Shown piece by piece: positions 58,938 to 64,000 of a stretch of DNA of 64,000 bases. Numbering within the stretch: position 1 is the stretch's first letter; every line of letters starts with the position of its first letter. The DNA is taken from contig JAOPTT010000003.1 of NCBI GenBank assembly GCA_051531975.1, forward strand, positions 128,001-192,000, given 5' to 3'. The translations under genes were made by a program, and so were the position numbers. Below the pieces are notes generated by a model. It saw only the letters and a program-made list of their open reading frames with translations, made no database searches and was not told the origin of the DNA. The stretch comes from Spirochaetaceae bacterium. Its GTDB lineage: Bacteria > Spirochaetota > Spirochaetia > DSM-2461.

Positions 58938-60453
58938 TTTTGTAACTCTCCTCCCACTCTTTATAAAAAGCATGTAACTTCTGTTGTATTTCACTATACT
59001 TTTTATCGCCGTATAGATTATTTAGTTCCAAAGGATCTTCTATCCTATCGAACATCATATTACCAAAATCCCGGAAATCTATATCTTTTCTTCCAACTCC
59101 CGGATCAAGCCATATCCCCAATTTATATCTATCTGTCACCACTGTTGCCTGGGACCGATTTAGACTAACAGTAAAATCTCTGAGAGAACTGGTTTTAGAA
59201 TTAGGTCTCATTAGTGGAACAAGAGATTGTCCTGAAAGTGGAATCTCATAATTAGGGATTTCACCGTCTACTAGTTCAGAAAGTGAAGGATACAGATCAG
59301 CTAGTTCTACAAGTGCCTCACTTACAACACCGGAAGCCAATTCTTTAGGATAATGCACAATAAATGGTATGCGAAGTGTCTCTTCATAAACATTATGACC
59401 CGGGGCACATTTTTCTATCATGCCGTGTCTTCCAACAAAATCACCATGATCCGCGGTATAAATTATGATTGTATTTTCATATAATCCTTCATCTTTTAGA
59501 GTTTTAACGATACTTCCGATGTGAGCGTCAATCTCAGTAACTAATCCGTAATAAGCCGCTAGGTAATCCCGGTACAGTTGCTCGTTTTTCATAGCTTTGT
59601 TTATGCACCAGACTCTATTTTCACCTTCATATTGTGACCGTAAAAGAGGAGGAAGAGTTTTTTTAATTTCATCAAAATCAGTAGGCATAGAAGCCGGTCT
59701 TTTGATACCATCAAAGGGCCTGTTATTATCTAATGAATCTTTTTTACCACTTCCCCAACTCTTTGACGAATACATATCAAAATATTTTTGCAAAGGTGTA
59801 TATGGCTGATGAGGACGATAAAATGATGACCAGCAGAAGAATGGCTTATCACTTTTTTTATTATCTTTTAAAAACTGAATTGTCTCTTTTGCCGTATATG
59901 CTTCCATGGTTTTATCATCTGGTAGCTGAGAAATCCGGAATGAAAAATCAGCATAAGGTATCTCTTTTTCAAAGGTGGAACTTCTATCCGGGCCATGGCC
60001 AAATTCTGCAGACCAGTCGTTAGTGAATTCCTCTAATAATCCCTGCTCTTTTATCCACCGGACATAGTTAAACTCATCCCCTTCTGCAGCCATATGACTC
60101 TTTTTTATATCCCATCCGGTTTCAACTTCAGGACAGAGATGACGTTTCCCAAAAGCTGCTGTTTCATATCCTTTCTTTGAGAAGTATTCACTAAGAGGCA
60201 CAGTATCCTTCACAATAGAAGGGATTTCATCATTATCAAAAACTCCAAGTCCCCGGGGATGAACTCCTGTAATCATAGAAATTCGAGACGGTGTGCAAAT
60301 AGCATCCTGACAATAAGCTCTGTTGAACTTAATTCCGCCTTTAGCTAAGTTATCGAGATTTGGTGTAGATACATCTGGGTGATTTTCGCTACTCATACAA
60401 GCTGCCTGGTGCTGATCTGAAAACAGGAGTAGAACATTTGGTTTACTTTTCAT
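58927..60453 (-). CDS. Formylglycine-dependent sulfatase
   Basis: KPNVLLLFSDQH, CTPSRISMITG, GKRH, RPHQP, ADHGD and DPLELNNL motifs. Confidence 0.92.
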   Translation of the reverse strand: MKSKPNVLLLFSDQHQAACMSSENHPDVSTPNLDNLAKGGIKFNRAYCQDAICTPSRISMITGVHPRGLGVFDNDEIPSIVKDTVPLSEYFSKKGYETAAFGKRHLCPEVETGWDIKKSHMAAEGDEFNYVRWIKEQGLLEEFTNDWSAEFGHGPDRSSTFEKEIPYADFSFRISQLPDDKTMEAYTAKETIQFLKDNKKSDKPFFCWSSFYRPHQPYTPLQKYFDMYSSKSWGSGKKDSLDNNRPFDGIKRPASMPTDFDEIKKTLPPLLRSQYEGENRVWCINKAMKNEQLYRDYLAAYYGLVTEIDAHIGSIVKTLKDEGLYENTIIIYTADHGDFVGRHGMIEKCAPGHNVYEETLRIPFIVHYPKELASGVVSEALVELADLYPSLSELVDGEIPNYEIPLSGQSLVPLMRPNSKTSSLRDFTVSLNRSQATVVTDRYKLGIWLDPGVGRKDIDFRDFGNMMFDRIEDPLELNNLYGDKKYSEIQQKLHAFYKEWEESYKNEK

Positions 60454-60472
60454 ATTTACCTCATATAATGTT

Positions 60473-61279
60473 TCAATTTAATTTTATATAATCGTGATTT
60501 ATTATGTTTGTTCCCATATTTATATCTAATATACGGAAGCCACGTTTTGCAATTTCTCCATTGTAATCATAACCAAGGGGCTCACTTAATGAGCCTGTTG
60601 TAATCAATTCTGTATTTTTATGTTTAAGAATACGATTTCTATGAAGATGCCCGGATAAAACAATTTTTATATTGTATGTTTCTATTAATTTTATCACCCA
60701 ATTTCTCTGAACTGGGGGTAGAAAAAAATAGTCTTGATTTTCATCGGAATCATCAAAACTCAAGGGATGATGCATTAACATAATAATATTTTTACTATCT
60801 CGGTTATTAGATAGTTCATTTTCAATAAATCTCTTTTGTTTTTGAAATTTCTCTGGATAAATTTCTGAATTTTTAAGTAGCTGACTGTTTAATGCAATAA
60901 AAAATTGACCTTTAAGCATAAAGCTGTAATAATCTTCGCCTCTCACTATTGTACTATCGTGGTTGCCTTTTACTTCATAAACTGTTGAATTAATTGTATC
61001 TGTAATATCCTGATAATCCTTCCACGATGTCAGGTTTTCAGGTGAATCAACCAGGTCACCTGTATTAATAACAACATCAGGTTTTGGTTCCAACCGGTTT
61101 ATCTCATTAACTGCAAGTTCATAATATTCTTTATCGGTATTTGTATATAGAAGTTCTAACTCTTCTTCAGGAATACTCTGTTCTTCTGCCAACCGGTATC
61201 TATTTCTACTGTCAGTAAAACCTAATTGAGTATCACTTATATGTACAATTCTGAAGTTTTTACAATTTATATCATCCAT
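60473..61279 (-). CDS. Calcineurin-like metallophosphoesterase
   Basis: SDTQ, GDLVD, GNHD, HHP and GHLH motifs. Confidence 0.88.
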   Translation of the reverse strand: MDDINCKNFRIVHISDTQLGFTDSRNRYRLAEEQSIPEEELELLYTNTDKEYYELAVNEINRLEPKPDVVINTGDLVDSPENLTSWKDYQDITDTINSTVYEVKGNHDSTIVRGEDYYSFMLKGQFFIALNSQLLKNSEIYPEKFQKQKRFIENELSNNRDSKNIIMLMHHPLSFDDSDENQDYFFLPPVQRNWVIKLIETYNIKIVLSGHLHRNRILKHKNTELITTGSLSEPLGYDYNGEIAKRGFRILDINMGTNIINHDYIKLN

Positions 61280-61285
61280 AACGGC

Positions 61286-61957
61286 TTAACTTTGGGCAGT
61301 CACATAAACAACATCAGGAAGAGATTTTGCATGGGACATATCATTTAATGACATTAGACGGAAAACTCCCAAACCTTGATCCACCTCTAATTCAAGCTTT
61401 GTTACACTGGATGGATCTATTCTAAACTGGGAAAAGACAATGGGCAGGGGAATGTGAAGCACATGACTCAATATAGTCAAAATTACCCCCATATGACATA
61501 CGATTGCGATTGTTTCGTCTTTTAATTCATTTACACGGTATAAATGTCCAAATCTTTCCAGCCCGAATGAAGACATACAAGAATCGAAACTTGATGTGAA
61601 TTCCTGAAACACAGGTTCCATATGCTTTCCATATGGAACCTGTTCAGACCATTTGGATTTTGTTATATCATTTCCCGGTGTCAGAACATCACAACCACTA
61701 TAATCCCAGGCATAATCTATATCGTTATAACAGCCATTTAATTCTTTTAGAAACTCATGATGTTTATAATCAAGTTTTTTTAAATTGATTATATATTCAG
61801 CGGTGTGACTTGCCCGTCCTAAAGGAGAAACTAAAAGGTGATCTATAGGAACCTGAAGAAGACTTTCTGCTAAAAGTTCCGCCTGACGATGTCCTTTATC
61901 AGTAAGTGTATCATTTGCATAGTCTGGATCACCATGTCGAATAAGAAGTAATTTCAT
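61286..61957 (-). CDS. Histidine phosphatase (phosphoglycerate-mutase-like)
   Basis: IRHGDP, SPLGRA..TA, LKE and VCHMG motifs. Confidence 0.9.
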   Translation of the reverse strand: MKLLLIRHGDPDYANDTLTDKGHRQAELLAESLLQVPIDHLLVSPLGRASHTAEYIINLKKLDYKHHEFLKELNGCYNDIDYAWDYSGCDVLTPGNDITKSKWSEQVPYGKHMEPVFQEFTSSFDSCMSSFGLERFGHLYRVNELKDETIAIVCHMGVILTILSHVLHIPLPIVFSQFRIDPSSVTKLELEVDQGLGVFRLMSLNDMSHAKSLPDVVYVTAQS

Positions 61958-61974
61958 CTGTTTACCATACCCTT

Positions 61975-63816
61975 TTAAATCTTAAATATATTAATTGCCT
62001 GATCTAATTGAACGGAAGTTGATCCCAATTCGTCAGACATAATCCGTACCTCATTAACACTACTTCCTATCTCCTCTATTCCTGAAGCGATCTCTATTAT
62101 CGCTCCTGAAACAAGGGATGTAACTTCGTGTATTTTGGATGCAGAGTGTTTTACTTTATCTTTACTATCATTAATATTCCTGGAGTTTTCCCTCACGGTC
62201 TGACTGATCTGAGATAAATTCCCCATAGCAGTAAGAACTTCATTTCCACCACTAGATAGTTCATTCATGCTTCTATTTAGCTGTAAATGAGAGTCTGTGA
62301 CATTTTCCACATATTCAGAAATTTGTGTAAAGGAACTTGATGTAACTTTACCTGAGTCCACCGCTTCAGTTATTGATACTGTTACATCTTTTAATATGAC
62401 AGCAATTTCTTTAGAGTTCTTAGAGGCCGCTTCTGCTAGTTTTCTAATCTCAGAAGCTACCACACTAAAACCTTTCCCAGCGTCTCCAGCATGAGCTGCT
62501 TCTATGGCTGCATTCATTGCCAGTAAGTTTGTCTGTGCCGAGATCGCATTAATCATTTTTACAATATTTCCAATGCTTTGAATAAAACTTTCAACCTGAT
62601 TAATATTTTTTATAGTCTTAGATAGATTATTACCACCGGATTTTGAATATTTTGATAATTCATCTGTTGTCTGTTTATTGGTTTCCGTATTATTTCTTAC
62701 ATTATTGATTGAGGTTATCATCTGAGTTACTGAAGCCGTTGACTCTTCGACCATTACAGTTTGGTTTTGAATCTGATCATCCAGGTCGCTAAGGTTAACC
62801 TCGATATTATTAGATGCTGAAACATTTTCATTAACTTCATGACTCAGTGTTTCAACTTGTTTTGTTATTGAACTTGTATTTGCTGAAATTTGTACAGTTG
62901 CTGTAGATGTCTCTTCCATTATATTTAAAACAATATCTTTGGCTTTTATATTTTTCCCAGAAACTTCTTTCATATTGTCCATGGTTGTTCTTAAATTACT
63001 GTTTAATTCGTTAATAAAGATTCCAAGTTTTGTAATCTCATCATTTCCTTTTATTGTTATAAGTTCAGATATATCACCATCTGCCATTTTCTGGACACTT
63101 GATTCCAAAGACTTTATTCTACGTATAATTGTTCTACCGATAAACTGGGCAATAATAAAACTACCAGTAACCATTGCAATTATTATTAGGATAGAAATAT
63201 AGATGGATCTACTATTGATTATATTTATCTCTTCTTCAATGAATTTAAACTGATTGCTTAACTTACTTTCAACAGTATCATATACATCCATCATATCTGT
63301 GATTTGATCCCGCATCCTTGAACTATATAAAGACAATGCGCTATACCCATCCATCTTTTCATAGACTTCCTTTTTATTGAAGATTTCAAATAACTCTAGA
63401 TCCTTTGTACTACCCAATGTGTTTCCTGCGGATTTAACTAAACTCTCATATTTTTTTGTTAATTGCACAGATGAGCTATCCAATAATCCATTTAAATCAA
63501 CAATGGACTGCACAGCTCCAGCTAATTCATCTGATATTAGAGGTAGTGATACAAAACCTTCAATTTTATTAAATAACTCCCTTGTTATTAAATGTCTTTC
63601 TTCCCATAAGGAAAACTGAAGTTCTAAAGGAGCATACATTAATTCTGTAATTTCAATATGCTCTACCATCAGAGCATGTTCCAACTGACCTAGTATTTTC
63701 TCTTCAACTTCTATTTTTTTAATTGGTTGTTGAATTATTATGTAAATTAATAATGCAAAAATTGTCGCTAAAACAGTAACCAATGATACTAGAGTTAATT
63801 TACCTCGTATTTTCAC
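61975..63816 (-). CDS. Methyl-accepting chemotaxis protein
   Basis: Two TM segments, HAMP domain (GNDEI), QTNLLAMNAAIEAAHAGDAGKGFSVVASEIRKLAE; GTG start. Confidence 0.95.
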   Translation of the reverse strand: MKIRGKLTLVSLVTVLATIFALLIYIIIQQPIKKIEVEEKILGQLEHALMVEHIEITELMYAPLELQFSLWEERHLITRELFNKIEGFVSLPLISDELAGAVQSIVDLNGLLDSSSVQLTKKYESLVKSAGNTLGSTKDLELFEIFNKKEVYEKMDGYSALSLYSSRMRDQITDMMDVYDTVESKLSNQFKFIEEEINIINSRSIYISILIIIAMVTGSFIIAQFIGRTIIRRIKSLESSVQKMADGDISELITIKGNDEITKLGIFINELNSNLRTTMDNMKEVSGKNIKAKDIVLNIMEETSTATVQISANTSSITKQVETLSHEVNENVSASNNIEVNLSDLDDQIQNQTVMVEESTASVTQMITSINNVRNNTETNKQTTDELSKYSKSGGNNLSKTIKNINQVESFIQSIGNIVKMINAISAQTNLLAMNAAIEAAHAGDAGKGFSVVASEIRKLAEAASKNSKEIAVILKDVTVSITEAVDSGKVTSSSFTQISEYVENVTDSHLQLNRSMNELSSGGNEVLTAMGNLSQISQTVRENSRNINDSKDKVKHSASKIHEVTSLVSGAIIEIASGIEEIGSSVNEVRIMSDELGSTSVQLDQAINIFKI

Positions 63817-64000
63817 GTATTCCCCACAGTTTATCTTTTAATATGATCTAAACTAAATCTCACAGATCTTTATACTTTCTCGGGAGCTACCCCTCTTACA
63901 ATTGAGTATAATTAATAAGTTCTTACAATCTTGATGATTCTCTAAAAACTTTAGTAAATATTAACATACATTATAATATCCGACAATGAATATATTCAAT

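Noticed and set aside
1501..63619. Short ORFs antisense to or nested in long genes (e.g. 2131-2553, 18894-19286, 51557-52093, 57338-57580)
   Set aside because: They are shadows of well-supported genes, with no recognisable motif and no RBS that I noticed.
63817..64000. c-di-GMP riboswitch or sigma28 promoter upstream of the MCP
   Set aside because: No convincing riboswitch consensus or TAAA-N15-GCCGATAA match, and the region is cut by the window edge.
1..64000. CRISPR array, IS/transposase, integrase, prophage, rRNA or tRNA
   Set aside because: None was recognised; intergenic gaps are short and no repeat-spacer pattern or recombinase ORF is present.

Overview
Low-GC bacterial chromosomal segment. 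It is probably from a free-living spirochaete, inferred from a PlzA-like PilZ protein, a spirochaete-style solute-binding-protein signal peptide and several lipoproteins. In order, it contains: (1) a pectin/oligogalacturonide locus (ABC importer, GH28, TIM-barrel isomerase, GH105, uxaB-uxaA-uxaC, a membrane-anchored AraC regulator and a second binding protein); (2) a MATE/AraC pair, a 7-PAS hybrid histidine kinase and a stand-alone receiver; (3) a divergent methionyl-tRNA-synthetase-like gene; (4) a patchwork of small accessory genes (TetR, MarR, HxlR and AraC regulators, hydrolases, a GGDEF protein, three flavodoxin-ferredoxin EFR1-type proteins, LysE, a sirtuin); (5) a glucuronate operon (uxuB-uxaC-uxuA-GntR); (6) MarR plus a heterodimeric ABC exporter, and YihY; (7) a chemoreceptor-phosphatase-phosphoesterase-triple-sulfatase cluster with a GntR/LacI hybrid regulator. 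The best novel candidate is an unannotated 23-codon leader peptide with 9 Gln codons (24334-24405). It is coupled to a terminator/antiterminator switch directly upstream of the MetRS-like gene, whose Met-pocket and KMSKS residues are altered. Together these suggest a glutamine-sensing attenuator controlling a MetRS paralogue that may not use methionine. Many regulator and accessory genes look leaderless. I saw no rRNA, tRNA, CRISPR array or transposase. All calls come from reading motifs by eye; no database search was run.
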